This document shows, piece after piece, positions 1 through 7,394 of a stretch of DNA of 11,500 nt. The position numbers were made by a program, and so were the translations under genes. Location: positions 1 to 11,500 of the forward strand of contig JBDRIG010000090.1 of assembly GCA_043816185.1 (NCBI GenBank), read 5' to 3'. The DNA is from Elusimicrobiota bacterium. Its GTDB lineage: Bacteria; Elusimicrobiota; UBA8919. Numbering within the stretch: position 1 is the stretch's first letter; each line of letters opens with the position of its first letter. The notes beneath the pieces were generated by a model. It was given only the letters and a program-made list of their open reading frames with translations. It searched no databases and had not been told where the DNA came from.

Positions 1-1197
1 CTTTTCTTGAAATTCAGAGAGTTCAAAACTGCCTTCAAGATAGCCGTCCATAAGTCGGTCTATTTTTGTTTTAACGGCGGAAAGTTCGGTTTTAAGATTT
101 TGAACGAAAAGGTTTGACGATTGGCTATTTTCTTTTTCCCATTCGTTCACCTTGGCAAGATATTTTTCCCGCCAATCGTCAGGCAAAGAAACTTTTTGAC
201 AATTCTCTTTCACTTGCTCGGTTAAAATTTCTTCCCGCAAAAAGCGAGATTGAGAACAATTTTGCGTTTTGCTTTTGTGAGTGCAACGATAATAGACAAA
301 TTTTAGTCCGCTTTTCTTAATGTGTCGTTCAGCGGTTATGGAATATCCGCACTCGCCGCAAACCGCAAAATTAAGAAATTGGAAATTTTTCGGCCCTCGC
401 TTTTTGCGAGGCTTGCCGTTTAAAATCAACGCTTCTTGAATTTGGTCAAAAAGTTTCTTTGAAATCATTGGCTTATGGCTTCCTTGGTGAATTTCGCCGC
501 GATAGCGAAAATGTCCGTAATAAAACGGATTGGTCAAAATTTTCTGAATTGTAGATAAATGAAGCAGTTTTCCGTCTTTGCCAACCAAGCCAAGAGAAAA
601 CATTTTGCTTTGAATTTTTGTCAGCGTATATTCGCTAGTGGCAAAAGCCCTCAAAACTTCTTTCACTTTGTTAAAAGTTTTTTTGTCAGGTTCAATCGTG
701 CGAAGTCGCGGTTCGTTGAAATATCCGATTGGGGCTTTTGCCGAAAGTTCGCCACGGCGTATCTTTTGCCTAATACCGCGCAAAATGTTTTCTCTCAAAT
801 TGTCGGTGTAATACTTCGCTTGTCCGAAAGCGACCGAAAGCATAAATTTTCCCTGCGGCGTTGGTTCAAACCAAAATGTTGGGAATTTTAGCGAGGTAAT
901 TTTTCCAGTATCAACTAAATAAATCACACGCCCGCCATCAATACTATTTCTGGCTAATCTGTCGGGATTCCACGCTAAAATTCCCGAAGCGGTGCCTTTT
1001 TCAATTTCTGACATCATAAAATTAAAAACTTCTCGGCCCGGCTCTTTGGCGGTTTTGCTTTCGTAATATTCTTTAACCACGAAAAGATTGTTTTGTTTGG
1101 CAAACTCTCGGAGTTCGGCGAGCTGGGCCTCAATGGACAAAATTTGTCTTTCCTCGTCCTCGCTTGATTTACGACAATAAATGAAATATTTAATCAT
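1..1197 (-). CDS. Large serine recombinase/integrase (resolvase catalytic domain + recombinase domain + zinc ribbon + coiled coil); 3'-truncated by the window edge
   Basis: Manually translated from ATG at 1197; open for 399 codons to position 1. Begins MIKYFIYCRKSSEDEERQILSIEAQL (YxRxS, catalytic Ser11). Also contains WNPDRLARN, APIGY, ILTNPFYYG, HKPMISKKLFDQIQ, zinc ribbon CGECG...YYRC...C, then a coiled coil. Absent from the ORF track because the stop lies outside the window. Confidence 0.95.
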   Translation of the reverse strand, partial: MIKYFIYCRKSSEDEERQILSIEAQLAELREFAKQNNLFVVKEYYESKTAKEPGREVFNFMMSEIEKGTASGILAWNPDRLARNSIDGGRVIYLVDTGKITSLKFPTFWFEPTPQGKFMLSVAFGQAKYYTDNLRENILRGIRQKIRRGELSAKAPIGYFNEPRLRTIEPDKKTFNKVKEVLRAFATSEYTLTKIQSKMFSLGLVGKDGKLLHLSTIQKILTNPFYYGHFRYRGEIHQGSHKPMISKKLFDQIQEALILNGKPRKKRGPKNFQFLNFAVCGECGYSITAERHIKKSGLKFVYYRCTHKSKTQNCSQSRFLREEILTEQVKENCQKVSLPDDWREKYLAKVNEWEKENSQSSNLFVQNLKTELSAVKTKIDRLMDGYLEGSFELSEFQEK

Positions 1198-1270
1198 AAT
1201 TTTTAGAATTTTTTAATTTTATAAAAAGGCAACGCTTTACACCGACAATTTATTAAAATCTCATTTTGTT

Positions 1271-1455
1271 TTTCGCCAAAGGCGAAAGAAAACCATTGGC
1301 TCATTGCGGCTTTGTCGCAATACAAACTTAAAAGTTTGTGAACCGCCGCCTTGCGGCGGGGAAATTGGCGATTGATTTCAAAAATCCGTGGAATTATCTT
1401 GCCGAAATGCCCGCCGAAGCGAGGGGTGAAGCCCCTCGCAAGGCGACAAATCAAT
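1271..1455. other. Cluster of inverted repeats between the tRNA and the recombinase (structured leader, ncRNA or att-associated)
   Basis: TTTCGCC-aaa-GGCGAAA 1271-1287; TTGCGGC-ttt-GTCGCAA 1304-1320; ACAAACTT-aa-AAGTTTGT 1322-1339; CCGCCGC-ctt-GCGGCGG 1343-1359; GCGAGGGG-tgaag-CCCCTCGC 1419-1439; ATTGATTT 1371-1378 pairs with AAATCAAT 1448-1455. Confidence 0.7.
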
Positions 1456-1457
1456 TT

Positions 1458-1533
<76 letters not shown>

Positions 1534-1553
1534 AACATATGAACAACAAAATA

Positions 1554-1579
1554 TGAACGGTCTGAAGACCGTTCACTAC
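1554..1579 (-). repeat. REP-like palindrome with GTAG foot
   Basis: Minus strand reads GTAG-TGAACGGTC-ttca-GACCGTTCA: a perfect 9-bp stem directly preceded by GTAG. A degenerate second copy lies at about 11300-11317. Confidence 0.6.
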
Positions 1580-1761
1580 CAAACCTACTACAAAAACATT
1601 CAATTTCCGATACGATAAAATTGAAAACTGAAATTAAAAATATATTTAAAGTTGCAAACTTTATGTATATATTAACTTGATCCGTTGTTTATTTTTAAAG
1701 TGAAGTATTTATACTCGTATAATTTTTTATGGTCGGTGTTTTCAATCACTGTTAGTTTAAA

Positions 1762-2130
1762 TTACTCATCAACATTTTTTATCATTTCTTTTTTAATCAT
1801 TGTACATTTTCCTTCAAAGATTGCACCTTGATGGATTGAAAGAGTTTGTGTTTCTATATCACCTAAAACTTGTGCGGTTGATAAAAGCTCAAGACTGTTT
1901 AATGTAAATACATTTCCCGAAATCACACCACCAATAATAATTGATTCAGAGTGCAAATCGCCTGTAATTTTTCCAGTTTTTCCAACAATAACACCTGTAG
2001 ATTTTGATATGTGCCCTTCAACAATACCGTCAACGCGAATAGTTCCTTCCGACGACATGTTGCCTTCTATTACAGCACTTTCTGCAATAATAGTTTCAAT
2101 TTTTCCAATATTTTCTTTTTTTCCAAACAT
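1762..2130 (-). CDS. Bactofilin (polymer-forming cytoskeletal protein, CcmA/BacA family)
   Basis: 122 aa with bactofilin beta-helix repeats: ETIIAESAVIEGNM, IRVDGIVEGHI, IIGGVISGNV, LSIHQGAIFEGKC. SD AGGA upstream. Confidence 0.93.
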   Translation of the reverse strand: MFGKKENIGKIETIIAESAVIEGNMSSEGTIRVDGIVEGHISKSTGVIVGKTGKITGDLHSESIIIGGVISGNVFTLNSLELLSTAQVLGDIETQTLSIHQGAIFEGKCTMIKKEMIKNVDE

Positions 2131-2140
2131 TTTTTCCTAA

Positions 2141-3052
2141 TTATCTAAGAACAGTTTCAGTTAAATATTTTCTTGGATTTAATACCTTGTTATTTTTCCA
2201 TATTTCATAGTGAAGATGTGGTCCGGTGGCATCGCCCGTAGAACCAATGAGTCCAATTATTTGATGTCTTTTAACTTCTTGTCCTTGTTTCATAAAAATT
2301 TTTGAGCAATGTCCGTATCTTGTTGTAAAACCGTATCCATGATTAATAACAATGAGTTTTCCATAACCTGGTTGCCATTCGGCAAGAGCTATTTTTCCAT
2401 CGGCTGGGGCTTTTATGGGGTCACCTCTTTTTGCTGAAATATCGATAGCAGGGTGCATTTCATTGTTGCCTTTTATCGGATGAGTCCTATAACCAAAACC
2501 GGAGGTAATTCTTCCATAACAGGGCCATCTATTTGGTGTTGACAGCCATCTTACTTTTTCATTTTTGATAAAAAGGTTTTCTTCGTCAAAACTTTTTTTA
2601 AGATTTTGTACTTCTAATGTAAGTGCAAGAGAGTGTTGCTTAAATTCTAATGGTGTGATTGAAAATTCGCCTTCTGCCAAATATTTTGTGATTCTTTCAA
2701 GTTCAGAAAGACTAGGCCCACCAGATTGAACAACTGCCTTTTTATTTTTAAGTCCAAGTAATTTTCTAAACTCTACATCCATTTCTTTTAAGTTATCAAC
2801 CATTTGTTTGGCTTGGAGTATCTCTTTTGCAAAATATTCTACCCTTTTTGTTAAAATTTTATTTTCTGCTTTTATCGTCCAATAGTCAATATGTTTGTAA
2901 AAAATAACTCCTGCGTAGACAGCAACTCCAAGAAATATGAAAGCCAACGATGCAACAAATTCTTTTGAAACAGCAAGTGTTATTGGTCTGGAAGTGGAAT
3001 GAGACACAATCATTATGGTCATCATTTTGCGTCCCATTTTTTTTATTTTCAT
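2141..3052 (-). CDS. M23 family peptidoglycan metallo-endopeptidase with N-terminal TM helix and coiled coil
   Basis: ITSGFGYRTHP, HPAID (HxxxD), YGHCS, GSTGDATGPHLHYE (HxH); hydrophobic segment FVASLAFIFLGVAVYAGVIFY. ATG at 3052, preceded by AAGG, preferred over the TTG at 3064. Confidence 0.93.
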   Translation of the reverse strand: MKIKKMGRKMMTIMIVSHSTSRPITLAVSKEFVASLAFIFLGVAVYAGVIFYKHIDYWTIKAENKILTKRVEYFAKEILQAKQMVDNLKEMDVEFRKLLGLKNKKAVVQSGGPSLSELERITKYLAEGEFSITPLEFKQHSLALTLEVQNLKKSFDEENLFIKNEKVRWLSTPNRWPCYGRITSGFGYRTHPIKGNNEMHPAIDISAKRGDPIKAPADGKIALAEWQPGYGKLIVINHGYGFTTRYGHCSKIFMKQGQEVKRHQIIGLIGSTGDATGPHLHYEIWKNNKVLNPRKYLTETVLR

Positions 3053-3109
3053 AAAAACCTTCAATAAAACTAATTAAAAAATTACAATTTTTTTAATCTT
3101 CCTGCCGTG

Positions 3110-3138
3110 AGTATAAATAATTTATAACATTTTGTCAA
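3110..3138 (-). promoter_or_regulatory. Sigma70-type promoter for the M23-bactofilin unit
   Basis: Minus strand TTGACA (3138-3133), 17-nt spacer, TATACT (3115-3110). Confidence 0.7.
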
Positions 3139-3219
3139 GAATTTTTATTTATCAGTGAGTTCAACCATTAAATTCAAAGTGTTGCGTTAGCACATTGAGC
3201 CTAAGATTGATACGTTGAC

Positions 3220-3248
3220 TTGATTTTAGCGATAAAAAATAGTATAGT
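3220..3248 (+). promoter_or_regulatory. Candidate sigma70-type promoter for the valS operon
   Basis: TTGATT (3220-3225), 17-nt spacer, TATAGT (3243-3248), ending 43 nt before the valS ATG. Confidence 0.55.
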
Positions 3249-3291
3249 AAAAATAGGTCAAGCATGGTAGGGTAATGCTTTTTATAAATTT

Positions 3292-6096
3292 ATGGAAATT
3301 TCAAAAATATACGAACCAAAGGAAGTTGAAGCGAAATGGTTGAGAGAATGGGACGAAAAAAAGTTTTTTCATTCTCAGCCAAACAATGAAAAAATTCCAT
3401 TTTGCATTGTAATTCCTCCGCCAAATGTTACAGGTTCGCTTCATATGGGGCACGCCTTAAACAATCTTTTGCAGGATATAATTATTCGTTTCAAAAGAAT
3501 GAATGGGTTTAATGTTTGCTGGGTGCCAGGAACAGATCATGGTGGGATTGCCACGCAAAATGTTATTGAAAAGGAATTAAAAAAGAATGGTAAAAAACGC
3601 GATGATTTTACAAGAGAAGAATTCATAAAAGTTATGGTTGATTGGGCACAAAAAACCAGCAGTATCATCTTAAATCAGTTGAAAAAATTAGGATGTTCTT
3701 GCGATTGGGACAAAACAGCATTTACGATGGATGAACAGCGTAAAAAAGCGGTAAATTATGCATTCATAAAACTTTATGAAAAAGGACTTATTTACAGAGA
3801 CACGAGATTTGTTGACTGGTGTCCGAGATGCGAAACAGCACTAAATGAAAGTGAGGTTGAACAGGACGATGAAAAAGGAAAATTATGGTATGTCAAATAT
3901 CCAATAGAAGGTGATGTGCAAACCCACGAGCTGACAGGGGAATCGGAAAATTCAAGAACTGATTTTATTGTTGTTGCTACAACTCGTCCCGAAACAATGC
4001 TCGGTGATACTGCTATTAGTGTAAATCCCAACGATGAAAGATATAAAAAATTCATTGGTAAAAATGCTATAATTCCACTTGTCAATCGTATAATTCCAAT
4101 AATTGCCGATGAAATGATTGATATGAAATTTGCAACTGGAGCAGTAAAAATTACGCCATCACACGACTTAAATGATGATGCGATTGCAAAAAAACATAAC
4201 CTTGTCTATATTGATGCAATTGATAAAAAGGCAAAAATTACGTCAAATATATTACTTGACTTAAAAAAACAGTTAATAAAAAATAGTGAAGTTGTCGACA
4301 TAGTTGGGAAAGATAGAGACGATGCAAGAAAAATTTTAGTAGAACGCCTTAAAGAGAAACAGTTTTTAGAAAAAGAGGAAAATTATACTGGGCCAAAAAA
4401 AAGATGTTATCGTTGTGATACCATAATTGAGTCGTTTAATTCAAAACAGTGGTTTTTGAAAATGTCAGATATGGTGAAATTGGCAATAGATGCTGCAAGA
4501 AACGGAGAAACGAAATTTTTTCCTGATAGGTGGTTAAAACCTTATACTTTGTGGCTTGAAAATTTGAAGGATTGGTGTATTTCACGACAGATATGGTGGG
4601 GGCATCGAATTCCACTTTGGTATTGTAAAAATAGTTTACGAGTCCACGAGTCCACGAGTTCACAAGTTTCAAATAATCCAGAAATTCAAGAATCCAAAAC
4701 TCAAGAACTAATTAAATGTTCCCCAGTAGCGTCCGTTGAAAAACCAGATAAATGTCAAAATTGTGGAGACACTAATTTAATACAAGATCCTGATGTATTA
4801 GACACGTGGTTTTCGTCGGCATTGTGGCCGTTGTCAGTATTTGGCTGGCCTGATGAAACAGAGGAAGTAAATTATTATTATCCAACAAATGTTTTAGTTA
4901 CGGGACATGAAATTTTATATTTGTGGGTTGCAAGAATGATTATGGTAGGGTTAGAATTTAAAAACAAAGTACCTTATGAAAATGTTTATATCCATGGTAT
5001 TGTTAGAGACAAAAAAGGCAAAAAAATGTCGAAATCGTTAGGTAATGTTATTGACCCGTTGACCATTATGGATAAATACGGCACCGACGCGCTGCGATTT
5101 GCACTTGCATATCAAGGAGTTCCTGGAAGAGATATGCAAATCGCCGACGATAATTTCATTATGGCGAGGAATTTTGCTAATAAACTTTGGAATGTTTCAA
5201 GGTTTGTTTTAATGAATTTATCTTCTTCTGTTTACGATTTACAATGCACGACTTATGATTCTCTTGAAATAACTGATAAATGGATTCTATCTGAATTAAA
5301 TTTAACAATAAAAAATGTCACACAGGCGATAGAAAACTACAATCCTTCCGAAGCATCACGGCTCTTGTATGAATTTATTTGGTCAAAATATTGTGATTGG
5401 TATGTTGAATTATCAAAGAGTCGTCTTTATGGAACAGATGAGAAATCAAAACTGATAGCACAAAAAATTCATCTTGAAGTTCTTGAAAATATATTAAAAC
5501 TTCTCCATCCAATAATGCCTTTTATCACGGAGGAAATTTTTCAAAACTTACGTGAACAGAATAAGAGTATTATGATTTCCGATTATCCTAAATTTGATAT
5601 AACGAAGATCAATGAAACAGCAGAAAAAGAAATCCAAAAAGTTATAGATGTCATTGTTGTTATACGAAATGTTCGTTCCGTTGTAAATGTTGGATTATCA
5701 AATACCGTCGATGTTGCAATAAAAATATCTTCACAAGAAACAGAAAAAATTATTTTCGAAAATATACAGTATATAAACTTACTTGCGAAAGTTGGAAAAA
5801 TTATTCCATTAAAAATAGATTCTCAAAAGCCAACACATTTTGTTTCGGCGATTATAAATGATGTTGAAATTTTTGTTCTTTTAGAGGGAAAAATTGATTA
5901 TGATTTAGAAAAAAAACGACTCGAAGCACAAATATTAAAAATAAACGAGGAACTAAAAATATACGAAGCAAAATTATCAAATAAAAATTTTATAGAAAAA
6001 GCAGATCCAGAAGAAGTTGAAAGAATAAAGCAAAAATTTTATGATAAGCAAAATAATAGAGAAAAAATTGAAAAAATTGTAATGGAGTTAAAATGA
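3292..6096 (+). CDS. valS: Valine--tRNA ligase
   Basis: PPPNVTGSLHMGH (HIGH motif), GTDHGGIATQ, VATTRPETMLGD, DWCISRQIWWGHRIP, DPDVLDTWFSS, KMSKS, C-terminal coiled coil. Confidence 0.98.
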   Translation: MEISKIYEPKEVEAKWLREWDEKKFFHSQPNNEKIPFCIVIPPPNVTGSLHMGHALNNLLQDIIIRFKRMNGFNVCWVPGTDHGGIATQNVIEKELKKNGKKRDDFTREEFIKVMVDWAQKTSSIILNQLKKLGCSCDWDKTAFTMDEQRKKAVNYAFIKLYEKGLIYRDTRFVDWCPRCETALNESEVEQDDEKGKLWYVKYPIEGDVQTHELTGESENSRTDFIVVATTRPETMLGDTAISVNPNDERYKKFIGKNAIIPLVNRIIPIIADEMIDMKFATGAVKITPSHDLNDDAIAKKHNLVYIDAIDKKAKITSNILLDLKKQLIKNSEVVDIVGKDRDDARKILVERLKEKQFLEKEENYTGPKKRCYRCDTIIESFNSKQWFLKMSDMVKLAIDAARNGETKFFPDRWLKPYTLWLENLKDWCISRQIWWGHRIPLWYCKNSLRVHESTSSQVSNNPEIQESKTQELIKCSPVASVEKPDKCQNCGDTNLIQDPDVLDTWFSSALWPLSVFGWPDETEEVNYYYPTNVLVTGHEILYLWVARMIMVGLEFKNKVPYENVYIHGIVRDKKGKKMSKSLGNVIDPLTIMDKYGTDALRFALAYQGVPGRDMQIADDNFIMARNFANKLWNVSRFVLMNLSSSVYDLQCTTYDSLEITDKWILSELNLTIKNVTQAIENYNPSEASRLLYEFIWSKYCDWYVELSKSRLYGTDEKSKLIAQKIHLEVLENILKLLHPIMPFITEEIFQNLREQNKSIMISDYPKFDITKINETAEKEIQKVIDVIVVIRNVRSVVNVGLSNTVDVAIKISSQETEKIIFENIQYINLLAKVGKIIPLKIDSQKPTHFVSAIINDVEIFVLLEGKIDYDLEKKRLEAQILKINEELKIYEAKLSNKNFIEKADPEEVERIKQKFYDKQNNREKIEKIVMELK
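4633..4709 (+). repeat. Degenerate 8-mer tandem repeat encoding an in-frame insertion in ValS
   Basis: AGTTTACG AGTCCACG AGTCCACG AGTTCACA AGTTTCAA (4633-4672), followed by AATCCAGA AATTCAAG AATCCAAA ACTCAAGA ACT. Confidence 0.8.
5231..5258 (+). repeat. Degenerate 7-mer tandem repeat within valS
   Basis: TTTACGA TTTACAA TGCACGA CTTATGA. Confidence 0.55.
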
Positions 6097-6806
6097 GAAT
6101 TGACGGCAGAAAATTTGACGAACTACGGAAAATTAAAATTATAAGGGACTATCAAAAATTTGCGGATGCATCATGTTTGATTGAATGTGGAAACACGAAA
6201 GTTTTGTGTGCAGCGACGATACAAAAATCAGTGCCACCTCATCTTAAAGATACTGGAACTGGTTGGGTTACAGCAGAATATGCTCTTCTTCCGAGAGCGG
6301 GGAATCAAAGAACATCTCGTCAGCGTTCAATATCAGCTGGACGAACTCAGGAAATTCAACGATTGATAGGAAGGTGTCTTCGTGCAGTAACAGATTTGCG
6401 GTCTATGGGAGAGCAATCTATTTTAATTGATTGTGATGTTATTCAGGCGGACGGAGGCACAAGAACAACAGCGATAAATGGTGCATTTATATCGTTGTAT
6501 GATGCATTAAATAAAATGAAGAATCAAGGACTTATTAAAAAAATTCCTCTGAAAAAATATGTTGCAGCAGTTTCGGTTGGTATTGTTGATGGAAAAGTTA
6601 TTTTAGATTTATGTGCGAAAGAAGATAATGGTGCTGATGTTGATACGAATATAGTTATGACCGACGATAACAAATTTGTAGAAATTCAAGGTGCTGGCGA
6701 GGAATCGACCTTTTCACAAAATGATTTACAAAAAATGCTTAAACTTGCCAAAAAGGGAATTTCTGAAATTATAGAAATACAGAAAAGTGTTATACAAAAA
6801 ATATAA
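6093..6806 (+). CDS. rph: Ribonuclease PH
   Basis: MRIDGRKFDELR, GWVTAEYALLPRA, GRTQEIQRLIGR, DCDVIQADGGTRT, VEIQG; ATGA overlap with the valS stop. Confidence 0.97.
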   Translation: MRIDGRKFDELRKIKIIRDYQKFADASCLIECGNTKVLCAATIQKSVPPHLKDTGTGWVTAEYALLPRAGNQRTSRQRSISAGRTQEIQRLIGRCLRAVTDLRSMGEQSILIDCDVIQADGGTRTTAINGAFISLYDALNKMKNQGLIKKIPLKKYVAAVSVGIVDGKVILDLCAKEDNGADVDTNIVMTDDNKFVEIQGAGEESTFSQNDLQKMLKLAKKGISEIIEIQKSVIQKI

Positions 6807-7377
6807 AATCATTCTTGCAACTCAAAACAAAGATAAAGTACGAGAAATAAAAAAGATTTTTAGTAAAAATTTTAGATTTATCCAATTAAATAAATTTCCC
6901 AAGATAATTGAAAGCGGAAAAACGCTTGAAGAAAATGCCATAAAAAAAGCGAAAGCAATTTTCAAAATTACAAAAATTACAACACTTTCCGATGATAGTG
7001 GATTAGAAGTTAAATTACTTAAAGGAAAGCCAGGTGTTTATTCTGCAAGATTTGCTGGGAAAAACTGTAATTATTCAGATAACAACAAAAAACTACTTAA
7101 ACTCTTAAAAAACATTCCTTATAAAAAACGAAAAGCAAAATTCAGAACCGTTGTTGCTATAATTTTTTCCGATGGTAAAATAAAAACTGTTAGCGGTGCT
7201 GTTTCAGGTTATATTACGACAGAGCCAAAAGGCTCAAATGGTTTTGGTTATGACTCTGTTTTTTATTATCCAAAATTAAAAAAAACTTTTGCACAAATTA
7301 CTATTGTTCAGAAAAATAGAATAAGCCACAGGGCAATTGCTTTCAAAAAAGCAAAAAAAATAATAATGGCAGCGTAG
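6787..7377 (+). CDS. rdgB: dITP/XTP pyrophosphatase (RdgB/HAM1 family); start codon uncertain
   Basis: IILATQNKDKVREI, ENAIKKA, DDSGL, PGVYSARF, GFGYD, KNRISHR; classical position after rph. The only standard in-frame start codon seen is GTG at 6787. Confidence 0.94.
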   Translation: MLYKKYKIILATQNKDKVREIKKIFSKNFRFIQLNKFPKIIESGKTLEENAIKKAKAIFKITKITTLSDDSGLEVKLLKGKPGVYSARFAGKNCNYSDNNKKLLKLLKNIPYKKRKAKFRTVVAIIFSDGKIKTVSGAVSGYITTEPKGSNGFGYDSVFYYPKLKKTFAQITIVQKNRISHRAIAFKKAKKIIMAA

Positions 7378-7394
7378 GGAGTAATGGTTTTAGC

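Larger units (their letters stand above)
1..1457 (-). mobile_element. Probable end of an integrative element/genomic island inserted at the 3' end of tRNA-Ala
   Basis: Recombinase gene directly downstream of the tRNA 3' end. The segment looks more GC-rich by eye than the housekeeping genes. The other boundary/att duplication is not in the window. Confidence 0.65.

Noticed and set aside
114..891. Plus-strand ORFs 114..320 and 559..891
   Set aside because: Antisense shadows of the serine recombinase; no recognisable motifs.
1419..1439. Hairpin after the tRNA as an intrinsic terminator
   Set aside because: The stem is strong but no U-tract follows it on the tRNA strand, so it is not called as a terminator.
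3140..3291. T-box riboswitch upstream of valS
   Set aside because: The candidate promoter leaves a leader of only about 40 nt, and no T-box consensus or antiterminator is visible.
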